Source: an uncultured Victivallales bacterium (lineage in GTDB: Bacteria > Verrucomicrobiota > Kiritimatiellia > UBA8416 > JADHWI01). Taken from it: a DNA stretch of 51,861 bases. How positions within the stretch are numbered: position 1 is the first letter of the stretch; each line of letters starts with the position of its first letter. The notes under the pieces are model-generated. The model was not told the origin of the DNA. It saw only the letters and a program-made list of their open reading frames with translations, and searched no databases. The stretch covers positions 1 to 51,861 of the forward strand of contig CAZJBP010000002.1 of assembly GCA_964544115.1 (NCBI GenBank), read 5' to 3'. The position numbers and the translations under genes are program-made. Positions 20,821-29,704 of the stretch are shown here, in pieces.

Positions 20821-23334
20821 TTATGCTTGGTGGAGCGAGGGGGATTCTACCCCCGGATTCCTGCTTTGCGAAGGAAGAATCTCGTACGTCTGTGCCTTCC
20901 AGGGATGGAGCAGCACCGGCGAGGCCACAGGCTTCCGTTCCGTCAGCGCCAGATTGACGGCCGCCAGGGCTCTGTCCATCGACACCGTCACGGGTTTCTC
21001 GCTCATGTCGCAGAGGCGAAGGAACAGCTTGCCGTCCTGCGGGAAGAGCGCCAGAACCGTGACGGCATCCTCGGTGGCAGGCAGGCCAACGGCCGATCCC
21101 TGAAGCGGCAGGTCTCCGCCCTGGCCCCTGAATTCGAGGACGTAGAGCGGACGGTCCCGCTCGACGGCGTGCCGATGGACCTTGCCGCGCTCCGCGATGC
21201 CGCCGTACTTGTGGTACATGCCGTACGACCAGAGCGAGTGGCCGCCGTAGGGGACGATGGAGAGGCGGTTAGTGTAGCAGTCCTTCTGGATGAATCGCAG
21301 GCAGCCCCACGAATACTTTCCGCTGTAGGCCAGCACCGGTTCCAGAGAGGACCCGACGGCGCGGTACCCCATCGTGCCGCAGTTGGTGATGGCCAGGCCG
21401 GTCCGGTCCGTCTCGACCGCCGCCCACAGGACGACCTCCAGGGTCTCGTCTCCGGCCGGCGCGGTCTGGATGATCATGGGCTGGTGGCGCACGCCGCGCG
21501 GCCCGGCGAAGCGTGTCGGCGGCGAGCCGGCCTGCACCGTGGTCCGCTCAAGCTCCGCCTGGAAGACGTAGCGCAGCTTTGCGCCGTTGTCGGCCTCGCC
21601 TCCCGGGCACGGCGCGCCCGGGACGTTCGGATCCGCGTTGCCGATGTAGGTCTCCGCGGGAATGTCCATGTGGATGTCGAGGTCGATGCGGGCGCTGTCG
21701 CCCACGAACGTGTAGGTCATTTCGTAGGCGATGGGTCCCACGCTTCCGGTCTCGACCACGCGCCAGAGCCCGGGGCCGGCGTACGTCTGGCGCACGCTGC
21801 CGCTCGAGGTTTCCATCCGGGACCCGATCATGCCCTCGAGGTAGCCGGTCCGGGCGCCTTCCTTCACGATGTGGCGCTCCTGAAGCTTGTCCCACAGCCG
21901 GACGATGCCGCCCTCGGGCGCGAACGCGACCTGATAGCGGTCGGTCTCGAGGGTCCGAGCGTCCGTCGGCTCGGGTGCCGCCGCGGCCGCTTTCCCGGGC
22001 TCGATCCGGTAGACCCGGTAGCCGAGGGCGGGAATGTCCCGGGCGATGAAGCAGGCGCCGTCCGGTCCCTGCTGCGCCTCCGTGGCGGATCCGTCCGGCG
22101 CCACTGCGCGCACCGGGCCGGGGGTTCTCAGGAAAACCGCCTCGGTGCGCGGATGACCGGTGGGGTTGAACACGAACACCGCATCGCCCTCGACCCGCGC
22201 CCGCAGCGCGAGGAACTCCGCCGCCTCCGTCGAGAGCTCGAGCGAGAGCTTGTGCGAGGGATCCGTGAAGTCCCGCGCCTCGTTGAAGAGGTCGGCGTCG
22301 TGGTGCTCGCCCATGAGCAGGTTCTTCCAGGCGTCGTCCAGTCGCGTCTGGTGGTCCGGGGTCCACGGGAGTCCGCGCTGGATCGCAGTGACAGCGAGCG
22401 CCTCGGCGGCGAGGGCGCGGCTGGCCGCGCTGCGCGTGTTGTTCCACACGCGGTTGGCGTTGAGGCCCCAGGGCCGGTCAGGGAAGAAGTCGTTCGGTCC
22501 GACCGGGAACAGCACCGGCTTGATTCCCGAACGCTCGATCATGTCGAAGTATTCCGGCGCGGTGACCCAGCGGGCGGTCTTCGCGTGCGCTTTCATGTCC
22601 CGCAGCAGTTCGGGCTTGGGGCGGGTGCCCCAGTCATCGCAACGCGAGATGAGCGGATGCTGCACACCCCGCGAGCGCATCTCGGTGTAGAACGCTTCCA
22701 TGTCGGGCCAGTGCACCCTTTCTCCATAGCCCGTCATGAGCCACATGTTGGCATCGCACTGCTCCTTCCCGCTGTAGGCCGGGATTGCCGGGATGGAAGA
22801 CCCGTCAGGGCCGGTCCACAGCACCCAGTCGGCATCCCGCGCCGGGCCGTCGCCGCCGTACTGCATGTGCGTGCGGAAGTAGGCGCCGCGATAGCCCATG
22901 CCCGTGAGAACCTGCGGCATCTGGGGCATGGTCTCGTGTTCGCTGTAGAGATAGAGGTCGTTGTCGAACCCGAGGTGTTCCTTGAGGGCGCGCGTGCCGT
23001 AGAACATCTGACGGATCGTGGATTCCTCCGATACGAACGTGAAGTGGGGCTGGCCGTACGAGCCTCCCGCCGGCAGCCACCGGCCCTTGAAGCGGGCCAT
23101 CCATTCCCGCATCTCCTGGAGGAACGCCGGGTCGTTCTTGGCCATCCAGTCCAGTGTCCAGCCTTCGATCTGCGCGCCGGTCTTCAACTCCGGATTCTGC
23201 TCCATCAGTTCGATGGTCTTGCGCGCCTCTCCCTGAATCCTGGGACAGCCGACGGCGTGGTCGTACGTCATCAGGTACAGTGGCAAGTCCTCCAGCCGGG
23301 CGCCGGACGCGATCGGGTTCTCTGAGGTCTTCAT
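20821..23334 (-). CDS. Divergent GH38-like glycoside hydrolase
   Basis: GGSYGQP...EESTIRQMFYG, PQMPQVL, WTGPDGS, WKNLLMGEHHD, VFNP, IPALGYRVY. Confidence 0.8.
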   Translation of the reverse strand: MKTSENPIASGARLEDLPLYLMTYDHAVGCPRIQGEARKTIELMEQNPELKTGAQIEGWTLDWMAKNDPAFLQEMREWMARFKGRWLPAGGSYGQPHFTFVSEESTIRQMFYGTRALKEHLGFDNDLYLYSEHETMPQMPQVLTGMGYRGAYFRTHMQYGGDGPARDADWVLWTGPDGSSIPAIPAYSGKEQCDANMWLMTGYGERVHWPDMEAFYTEMRSRGVQHPLISRCDDWGTRPKPELLRDMKAHAKTARWVTAPEYFDMIERSGIKPVLFPVGPNDFFPDRPWGLNANRVWNNTRSAASRALAAEALAVTAIQRGLPWTPDHQTRLDDAWKNLLMGEHHDADLFNEARDFTDPSHKLSLELSTEAAEFLALRARVEGDAVFVFNPTGHPRTEAVFLRTPGPVRAVAPDGSATEAQQGPDGACFIARDIPALGYRVYRIEPGKAAAAAPEPTDARTLETDRYQVAFAPEGGIVRLWDKLQERHIVKEGARTGYLEGMIGSRMETSSGSVRQTYAGPGLWRVVETGSVGPIAYEMTYTFVGDSARIDLDIHMDIPAETYIGNADPNVPGAPCPGGEADNGAKLRYVFQAELERTTVQAGSPPTRFAGPRGVRHQPMIIQTAPAGDETLEVVLWAAVETDRTGLAITNCGTMGYRAVGSSLEPVLAYSGKYSWGCLRFIQKDCYTNRLSIVPYGGHSLWSYGMYHKYGGIAERGKVHRHAVERDRPLYVLEFRGQGGDLPLQGSAVGLPATEDAVTVLALFPQDGKLFLRLCDMSEKPVTVSMDRALAAVNLALTERKPVASPVLLHPWKAQTYEILPSQSRNPGVESPSLHQA
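20828..20872 (-). repeat. Degenerate duplicate of the tRNA-Ala 3' half (att-like)
   Basis: 37/45 ungapped identity to 23604-23648 by manual alignment, including the CCA end and anticodon loop. Confidence 0.8.
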
Positions 23335-23603
23335 TCTTTTCAGTTCTCCGCAGAAGGACGTGAGTCACGCATCCCGACACAACACCCGACAGCGGGGTTG
23401 ACGGGTGAGCCAGGGATATCCCCGGCGAACACAGGGGGGAATCTTGTATCATCGCGGCCCTGCGCGTGCTACAGAAAACAAGCCGCCGATGGCGCCGTGC
23501 AGCCGAGAATGGTTCTCTTGCAGCGACCGCGGCCAAGATTCCCGCCCAGCAGGGGGCGGGAAATGATAAGCACGTAACTCGTGGAGTTACCGCCTGTTGT
23601 ATC

Positions 23604-23679
23604 TGGTGGAGCGACGGGGATTCGAACCCCGGACCCCCACGTTGCGAACGTGGTGCTCTACCAACTGAGCTACCGCCCC
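23604..23679 (-). tRNA. tRNA-Ala (anticodon CGC)
   Basis: GGGGCGGTAGCTCAGTTGGTAGAGCACCACGTTCGCAACGTGGGGGTCCGGGGTTCGAATCCCCGTCGCTCCACCA: cloverleaf, G3:U70 pair, encoded CCA. Confidence 0.96.
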
Positions 23680-23838
23680 GTCACCAGCCCTCGGGATGGC
23701 GAACGTGAATTCGCCGGCCCTCTTGGCACAACAGAGGCGCAAAAGCTAAGCCAGTTGCCCCGCAAGTTCAAGGACGAATTGCCGGGACGCACGCTCAACG
23801 CGTAACGTTCAACGCTCGGAGGAAGAGGAGAAAAGGGC

Positions 23839-24345
23839 TTAGCGGCTCTCTGGCGGAGACGGGGTGCCGGGCTGAACCGGCGGACCTCCATGGAGAAGGA
23901 CCTGAACGCCGGCGTCGGGAATGTCGGTGCGGCCGGTGTGCACCGTCCGGAGATACAGAACCAGCGCGGCGATGACGGCGGCGGCGATGAGCGCGGAAAC
24001 CAGGATGTGATGCCGGTATGCCCAGTCCAGAACCGGGTGCGTTACGGCGCGCAGCATGCGCCTTCGCCGGTCTTCGGAGAGGTGTTCTGGGAATCGAGGG
24101 GCCTCCTCGGCAGAGGTCCGCCGGATGAGGTCCAGCGTGCCCTGGATCTCGGCCGCCGCGCGCTGGCAGTCGGGGCACCTGCGCAAATGCTGGCGCACGA
24201 GGTCCGAGCGGGCGGGGCCCAGCTCGCGGGCCATGTAGTCGAATAGCACGTCCTGGATGTCGGTGCAGGGCGTGCGATGTTCCGGCGTGCTCGGAGCCGC
24301 CTCGCCGCCGTGTTCCTGGCCCCGGTCTGTAGGTAGATCTGTCAT
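23839..24345 (-). CDS. zf-HC2 anti-sigma factor
   Basis: HLRRCPDC (HxxxCxxC) followed by a TM helix; coupled to ECF sigma. Confidence 0.85.
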   Translation of the reverse strand: MTDLPTDRGQEHGGEAAPSTPEHRTPCTDIQDVLFDYMARELGPARSDLVRQHLRRCPDCQRAAAEIQGTLDLIRRTSAEEAPRFPEHLSEDRRRRMLRAVTHPVLDWAYRHHILVSALIAAAVIAALVLYLRTVHTGRTDIPDAGVQVLLHGGPPVQPGTPSPPESR

Positions 24346-24890
24346 AGTGCGCGGATCCGTTTGAGTTCGTCCGCGAGCCGCCGCATGGCGTGGTGAAGTA
24401 TATACCCCACGTTGCTGACCGACAGCCCCGTAATGTCGCTGATCTCCTTGTAGGACTTCTCTTCGTAGACCTTCAGGATGACCAGTTGCCGGTCGCGGAG
24501 GGGCAGCGACTGAAGGGCCGCCGCCACCTGTTCAGCCGCCTCGCTGAGATGAAACCCCTCGCCGCAGTTGGGGCCGACATGCTCGGGTTGTTCCACCGCG
24601 TGCCGCTGGTGCAATTCGCGGCGGCGAGTCTCGTTGCGGAGGTGGTCCACGGCGCAGTTGTGGGCCACGCGGTACAGCCAGGCTGAGATCTGCGGCGATG
24701 GCGACAGGGGGTCTGTCCATCGGCGGTAGAGGCGAATGAACGCGTTCTGGACCACGTCCTGGGCGAGGTCGTCGCTCGCAACCATGCGGCGCACATACCG
24801 CAACAGCGGCGCCTCGTACGTCTCGACGACGGCCGCGAAGTCCCGCAGGCGATCACCGTCGCCGGAATGAGTATTGGCGCGGTCCGTCAT
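24342..24890 (-). CDS. ECF RNA polymerase sigma-70 factor
   Basis: AQDVVQNAF, AWLYRVAHNCAVDHLR, SYKEIS region 4. Confidence 0.92.
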   Translation of the reverse strand: MTDRANTHSGDGDRLRDFAAVVETYEAPLLRYVRRMVASDDLAQDVVQNAFIRLYRRWTDPLSPSPQISAWLYRVAHNCAVDHLRNETRRRELHQRHAVEQPEHVGPNCGEGFHLSEAAEQVAAALQSLPLRDRQLVILKVYEEKSYKEISDITGLSVSNVGYILHHAMRRLADELKRIRAL

Positions 24891-25315
24891 CCGGTCGCAC
24901 TCTTAATCTCCACGCCGGCCTTCCCATCCCCGTAGGGAACCTCGCCCTCGTACACACGATCGGCGGAGTTGCTGCGGATCAGACCTACCAGCATGGAGAC
25001 AATCTGCACCAGCCGCTCCTTGCCGGGTATGGCCGCCGCGTTGGCCAAGTGCTTTCTGGCAACCAGCACATCCAAGCAGGCAGCACATTCCAGGGCTGAG
25101 CCACGGGCGATGTCGAAGAACCGACATCGATCCGGGGCGGTGTATTTGCCGTTACCCTCGGCGATATTCAGGGGAATCGAAGTGGATGCCCGGTCGAGTT
25201 GGTCGCGGACGGATATGGATTTCGGTATGGTTGGCAGGACTTCATCAACCCACGCAACGAACGTGACGGCCTGCTGGTACACCTTGAGCTTCTCGTGATC
25301 GAACATAACGCTCAT
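24887..25315 (-). CDS. Four-helix-bundle protein (23S rRNA IVP / bAvd-like family)
   Basis: FDHEKLKVYQ, DQLDRASTSIPLNIAEG, FFDIARGSALEC. Confidence 0.9.
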   Translation of the reverse strand: MSVMFDHEKLKVYQQAVTFVAWVDEVLPTIPKSISVRDQLDRASTSIPLNIAEGNGKYTAPDRCRFFDIARGSALECAACLDVLVARKHLANAAAIPGKERLVQIVSMLVGLIRSNSADRVYEGEVPYGDGKAGVEIKSATG

Positions 25316-25352
25316 GCGCTCAGGCTAGAGTTGGATGGAAGGTGGAGGGGAG

Positions 25353-25449
25353 GATTAGGATTAAGAGTAAGAGTAAGAGTAAGATTAGGAGTGGGAGAGG
25401 GGCAACATGACGCTCTCTCTTACTCCTAATCTTACTCGTAATCTTAATC
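25353..25449. repeat. Inverted arrays of a degenerate hexamer (GAKTAR) forming a hairpin
   Basis: Left arm GATTAG GATTAA GAGTAA GAGTAA GAGTAA GATTAG GAGTGG; the right arm is an approximate reverse complement. Confidence 0.85.
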
Positions 25450-25468
25450 ACCCACGCCCACGCCTTCC

Positions 25469-27934
25469 TCAATCCGCCAGCCACTTCATGTTGCGGACGA
25501 AGAACTTGCCGGTGTAGGAGTCGCGCACGACCGTGGCCACGGCCCGCTGTTCCCCCACCACCGTCTTGCCGTCGCGCCCGACGGCCTGGGATGCGATGAG
25601 GATGGTGAAGATGTTCTGGCGGAAGGAGAGCAGCTCGATGAGCCCCCGACCGACCGCCTCCTGCAGAATGTCGTTTGTCTTGTAGCCGCTTCCCATGATG
25701 CCGGTGATGCATTGCCGCATCGCCACGGCGACGGGTCCACCATTGTCCAGCGGTTCATCCGGTGCAGAGGTGGCCCCGGAATCGAACAAATCCTGCCACT
25801 GCTTACAGCCATTCAACGAGTCCGCACGCGCCTGAACCTTTGCGACCAAGTTGGTGATCCACGCATAACTGACGGGGTTGATGTTTCCCATGTAGGGGCC
25901 CCAGTCAATCGCGCCGTCCGCGTCCGTATCGGCGGGCCGGAGCCCGTTCACCAGCGTTTCGAGAGTCTTCTTCTGGCGCGTATTGATCGTGATGCGCCCG
26001 CGGCAGGAGCGGTTCACGGCGCGAACGGTCAGCATGTCAATGAGTTTGGCGCCTTCCTTCTTGTTCAGCAGGTCGATGTTCCTCCAGAAGGCCCAGTCGT
26101 AATAGAGAGCGGTGGAACTGTACGGGGCTTCATCGTCCATGTTCGTGCGGTAGATATGTCCAATTTCAGCAACGTTCCGCATGGGCTGGTTCGCAAACCA
26201 GATGGGGTATCCCTGGGACTTAGGCGTCTTGAAGAAGGTGCAGAAACTGGTGTCGTTGTAGTTGGTCAGCGTGTTGGAATACGGGGCGATGGACCCGGGT
26301 CCGCCGAACCGCCTGCCGCTAGGGTACGTGGTGGTAGGGTATCCCCCCACCGTGGGATCCCAATATCGACACTGTCCGTTCATGCGGGGGTCGTTGATCT
26401 GGTAGTCCACAGGCGCGAATTCGAACTTCTTCAGCGCGCGTTGCACGGGATTGCCGGGTTCGTCGCTCTGGCGATATCCCATCGATTCGTCAACCACATT
26501 GGTCACCGGCGACCCGCCTCCGCTGGGGGTGTCGACCTTCAGGACGCGAGCGAGGAACCATACGGCGTTGGAGGAAGAGATGGGCAGGGCAGCATTCTTT
26601 GGCGGCGGAAATGCTACGTAGGGTGAGGCCGATGTGTCGTACACGCGGAACTCCGTCGGGGTCCCGAACGTCATGCCGTCGATGTTGAACAGGTAGCGCC
26701 TCCAGGCGGAGTTCATAATGACGTTTTCCGCCGGTGCCGTTGCCGCGGTGAAGTTGTTGGAGAACACCCCAATCTGAAGCTTGAACCCATCCCCGCTGGC
26801 GACGTTCGTGGGGATGAACGGATACCAGAGTTCCACCCTGAACCTGTACTTGTACGTCGGGGCTCCGGAGACTTGATCAAAGACTATCTCGTTGATGAGC
26901 GGAACGCACTCCGTTCCCTCCGTGTGTCGGTAGGAGTAGGGGTTGCCGTTCTGCGGGATACGGTTGGGGTCCAGGTAATTCACCACGTTCCAGGCGACGT
27001 CGATCTTCTTACTGTCCGGCATCTCCGGAAGCGCCGCCCCGAGAATGTTTCCAAGGGGGGTGAGATAATTGGCCATGAACAGCGGGTCGGACAGGTAGGC
27101 GCCCGGCGTCGTCATGTTCCAGAAGCAGGCATAGTTCGTGATCGAGTTGATGTTGAACTTCGGGATCAGGACGGCGGAGGCGCTGCCGAGCTGGTTGGTG
27201 TTTTGCAGGTAGACGTCCGGGCCCGGGTCGTAGGAGGTCGGGAACAGCACCGGGGCCTCGGCCGGGTCGGCGACGGTGATGCCGTAGATTTCCTGCAGGG
27301 TTTCGTAGCGCTTGTGCCGTACCGTGCGGTTCGACACAAACGTGCTCGCGTCGGCGGTCGGGACGAAGAGATTCGAGGGGTCGATCTCGGCGGTTGTCGC
27401 GCTGTCGATACGAGGCTTGCCGCCGATGTAGCTGGCGTCGAGCAGGCCCGAGGTGTTGACGATCAGGTACGCCACGCGACCGTTGGTCTGCACGATGCCG
27501 CCGTCATTGGTGACAAGAACGTTCTTCCACTTTGGGGTGCGGGCGAACGCATTCGCGTACAGAGACGGGGGGATGGTGTTCGTGGCTTCGCCTACCATCA
27601 GGATGCAGACGTTCGTCGAAGTGTTCGTCGATGACAGCGCGTCTCGCGGGTAGGGGGCGGTAAGGCCCGGGCTGGAAAAGAGTTTCCAGTCCGGATATGT
27701 GCGGCCGACGCAGGTCCTGGTCACGTCATCCATGCCTTGCTGGAGCCCGGTGTAGATGAGCTGCTTGGAGCGGACGAGGTTCAGGTAATTGCGGGCGGCC
27801 ATGCTTTCCACGCGCATGGCGATCGCGAACGCGACGGCCAGCAGCGTCAGCACGGCCAGCAGGCCGATCGTGATGATCAGGGCCACGCCCTGCCGGCCCT
27901 TTCGGCGGTTTGCCGCTATGCGGGAAATGTGCAT
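25469..27934 (-). CDS. Large PilX/GspK-like minor pilin-type protein
   Basis: MHISRIAANRRKGRQG|VALIITIGLLAVLTLLAVAF; GRVAYLI, KFNIN, PLINE, GRITINT motifs; start follows the upstream stop. Confidence 0.75.
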   Translation of the reverse strand: MHISRIAANRRKGRQGVALIITIGLLAVLTLLAVAFAIAMRVESMAARNYLNLVRSKQLIYTGLQQGMDDVTRTCVGRTYPDWKLFSSPGLTAPYPRDALSSTNTSTNVCILMVGEATNTIPPSLYANAFARTPKWKNVLVTNDGGIVQTNGRVAYLIVNTSGLLDASYIGGKPRIDSATTAEIDPSNLFVPTADASTFVSNRTVRHKRYETLQEIYGITVADPAEAPVLFPTSYDPGPDVYLQNTNQLGSASAVLIPKFNINSITNYACFWNMTTPGAYLSDPLFMANYLTPLGNILGAALPEMPDSKKIDVAWNVVNYLDPNRIPQNGNPYSYRHTEGTECVPLINEIVFDQVSGAPTYKYRFRVELWYPFIPTNVASGDGFKLQIGVFSNNFTAATAPAENVIMNSAWRRYLFNIDGMTFGTPTEFRVYDTSASPYVAFPPPKNAALPISSSNAVWFLARVLKVDTPSGGGSPVTNVVDESMGYRQSDEPGNPVQRALKKFEFAPVDYQINDPRMNGQCRYWDPTVGGYPTTTYPSGRRFGGPGSIAPYSNTLTNYNDTSFCTFFKTPKSQGYPIWFANQPMRNVAEIGHIYRTNMDDEAPYSSTALYYDWAFWRNIDLLNKKEGAKLIDMLTVRAVNRSCRGRITINTRQKKTLETLVNGLRPADTDADGAIDWGPYMGNINPVSYAWITNLVAKVQARADSLNGCKQWQDLFDSGATSAPDEPLDNGGPVAVAMRQCITGIMGSGYKTNDILQEAVGRGLIELLSFRQNIFTILIASQAVGRDGKTVVGEQRAVATVVRDSYTGKFFVRNMKWLAD

Positions 27935-27935
27935 A

Positions 27936-28907
27936 TTATCGCTCCTTGTATCCGTCCCTGTTGGTGAAGTACACGCGCGCCACGTGGCGTACGACGCGGT
28001 CCGCGACAAAGTTGGTGTAAGACAACCCCCGCAGCTGCAGGTCGGCCGCCTGGCGCGCATCCCGGTCGTTGAGCAGCTCGATGCAGACGTCCACGTAGCC
28101 GGGAAGCCGGTTGGTGTAGGCGGGGGTGCCGCTGTAGTAATCCCGGATGAGTTGTCCGTTCGGCTTGCGGGCGAACACGGCGAAGCCGGCCACGTTCTTG
28201 GCGATGAAGCGGCTGGTGCCGGGACGGCCGACGCCGCCATCCGCCGTATTCTTGTACCAGTTCGGGTTGAAATAGCAGTGGCTTGACGCGCTGGCCGCGT
28301 CGCTGAGCGCGCTGGAGTAATACCCCCGCATCAGCTCGTAGCGCTTGCTCCCGGCCGGGTTCTCCCGGACATAGTAAAACACCTCCCGTGCCGCCCGGTT
28401 TCCGTCGCTCGAATCGTTCTCGATCGAGACGAAGCAGGTTTCGTCGTTCTCAAAGCCATAGGATGTGAGGCTGTAGCGGTCCTTCTGGGCGATGAACGTG
28501 AGCGTCTTGTCCGCCACCGCGTACTGCAGGTCGTGCGCGATCATGCTCAGCGCGGCACGGCCAGCCAGGTTGTTGTCCGACCGGTTGGTGCCCAGCGTCC
28601 AGGCGCGGTCGCTTTCGGTGAAGATGCGGCCCATGATGGTGACGATGATGACCAGGATCGTAACCGCGGCGAGCAGCTCGATGAGGGTGAACGCCGCGCG
28701 GCCGAGGGCGCGCAGCGAGATCCCTCGCTGCGCTCGGGATGACAAGCCAAGCGAATGAACGGCTGGACCTCGCTGCGCTCGGGATGACAAACCGGCCGCA
28801 TGGCCTTGCTGCGCTCGGGACACGTGCAGCAGGCTCGTAGCGCCTGCTGTACAGCGGGGGCTACGAACCCGCTGGGTTCTTGCCGATGGGCGATTGCCGA
28901 ATCTCAT
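27936..28907 (-). CDS. Prepilin-type (GspJ/PilW-like) protein with a REP-expanded 72-aa leader
   Basis: A|FTLIELLAAVTILVII; GGAGGA SD 7 nt before ATG 28907. Confidence 0.82.
   Translation of the reverse strand: MRFGNRPSARTQRVRSPRCTAGATSLLHVSRAQQGHAAGLSSRAQRGPAVHSLGLSSRAQRGISLRALGRAAFTLIELLAAVTILVIIVTIMGRIFTESDRAWTLGTNRSDNNLAGRAALSMIAHDLQYAVADKTLTFIAQKDRYSLTSYGFENDETCFVSIENDSSDGNRAAREVFYYVRENPAGSKRYELMRGYYSSALSDAASASSHCYFNPNWYKNTADGGVGRPGTSRFIAKNVAGFAVFARKPNGQLIRDYYSGTPAYTNRLPGYVDVCIELLNDRDARQAADLQLRGLSYTNFVADRVVRHVARVYFTNRDGYKER
28717..28823 (-). repeat. REP-like cluster: full copy 28717-28744, partial copies 28768-28789 and 28804-28823
   Basis: GAGATCCCTCGCTGCGCTCGGGATGACA and truncated tandem copies. 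Confidence 0.92.
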
Positions 28908-28941
28908 GTGCCGATCCTCCATGGGCCGGGTGGCGGCCGCC

Positions 28942-29700
28942 TCACAGTCCGCCGGACATCGGGTATTCCGTCGAGAACGTCAGCGCCTTATCGAGTGGTG
29001 TCACCCCGTACTGCCCTTCCCAGATGTTCATCCGCACCCGCATCTTGCGGTTGGTCCAGACGACCGTCGGCGACACCGGCGGATAAGAGACCACCATGAT
29101 GACCGGGTCGACCTTGATCTTGTAGCGGAGCGAGTGGTTGACCACGCCGGTCAGTGCCGACAGTCGCAGATCGAAATTGGTGAACACTGCGGTGTGCGGC
29201 CCACCGGCGCCCCACACGCGGACGTAGTTGGTGGAGGGCGGGGACCAGGGGCCGCCGGGATAACTCACCTCGTACTGCCAGAGCGGCCCGCCGGCCACCG
29301 GCAATTGGATGCCCCCGCTGCTGAAGCCCGTCCAGAAGGTCAGCCACGCCGCAGAACCCGCTTCAATGGCCTGCTCGTTGCGCGTGCGCAGGCTGTTGAA
29401 GACGTCGTCGGCAAAAATGGCGGCGCGGGTCTCGGACACGGCCTTGGCGCTGGAGTCAAGCCCCGTGCCGATCAGCGCGAACGCGGCGAGGACACCGACG
29501 GCCACGACGACCACCGACAGCGCGACCTCGACGAGCGTGAAGCCGCCGCGAGATCCCTCGCTGCGCTCGGGATGACAGGATGGCCCAACCGGTCGCTGGG
29601 CCTCGCTGCGCCCGGAGTAGCGCTGACCGCCGCCTTTGTCATCCCGAACGCAGTGAGGGATCTCCGTATTCCGCCTGAAAGTTGTGCGTGGCGTATGCAT
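28942..29700 (-). CDS. Prepilin-type (GspI/PilV-like) protein with a REP-expanded 53-aa leader
   Basis: G|FTLVEVALSVVVVAVG; leader contains EIPHCVRDD and CHPERSEGS. Confidence 0.82.
   Translation of the reverse strand: MHTPRTTFRRNTEIPHCVRDDKGGGQRYSGRSEAQRPVGPSCHPERSEGSRGGFTLVEVALSVVVVAVGVLAAFALIGTGLDSSAKAVSETRAAIFADDVFNSLRTRNEQAIEAGSAAWLTFWTGFSSGGIQLPVAGGPLWQYEVSYPGGPWSPPSTNYVRVWGAGGPHTAVFTNFDLRLSALTGVVNHSLRYKIKVDPVIMVVSYPPVSPTVVWTNRKMRVRMNIWEGQYGVTPLDKALTFSTEYPMSGGL
29550..29664. repeat. REP-like cluster: full 29550-29577, partial 29601-29620, inverted full 29637-29664
   Basis: Inverted pair of the 28-bp consensus with an internal partial copy. Confidence 0.92.
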
Positions 29701-29704
29701 GGCT

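Noticed and set aside
14756-23325. Long antisense ORFs (e.g. 14756-16933, 18819-20957, 20755-23325; likewise 49131-51614 and 7410-9392)
   Set aside because: Shadow frames of real genes in high-GC DNA with no recognisable motifs.
27935-28240. N-terminal extensions in the ORF track (923-aa pilX-like, 620-aa tgt, 795-aa DUF1015, 329-aa nrfH)
   Set aside because: They overlap neighbouring genes or a tRNA; better starts with SD or translational coupling exist at 27934, 34319, 43888 and about 40658.
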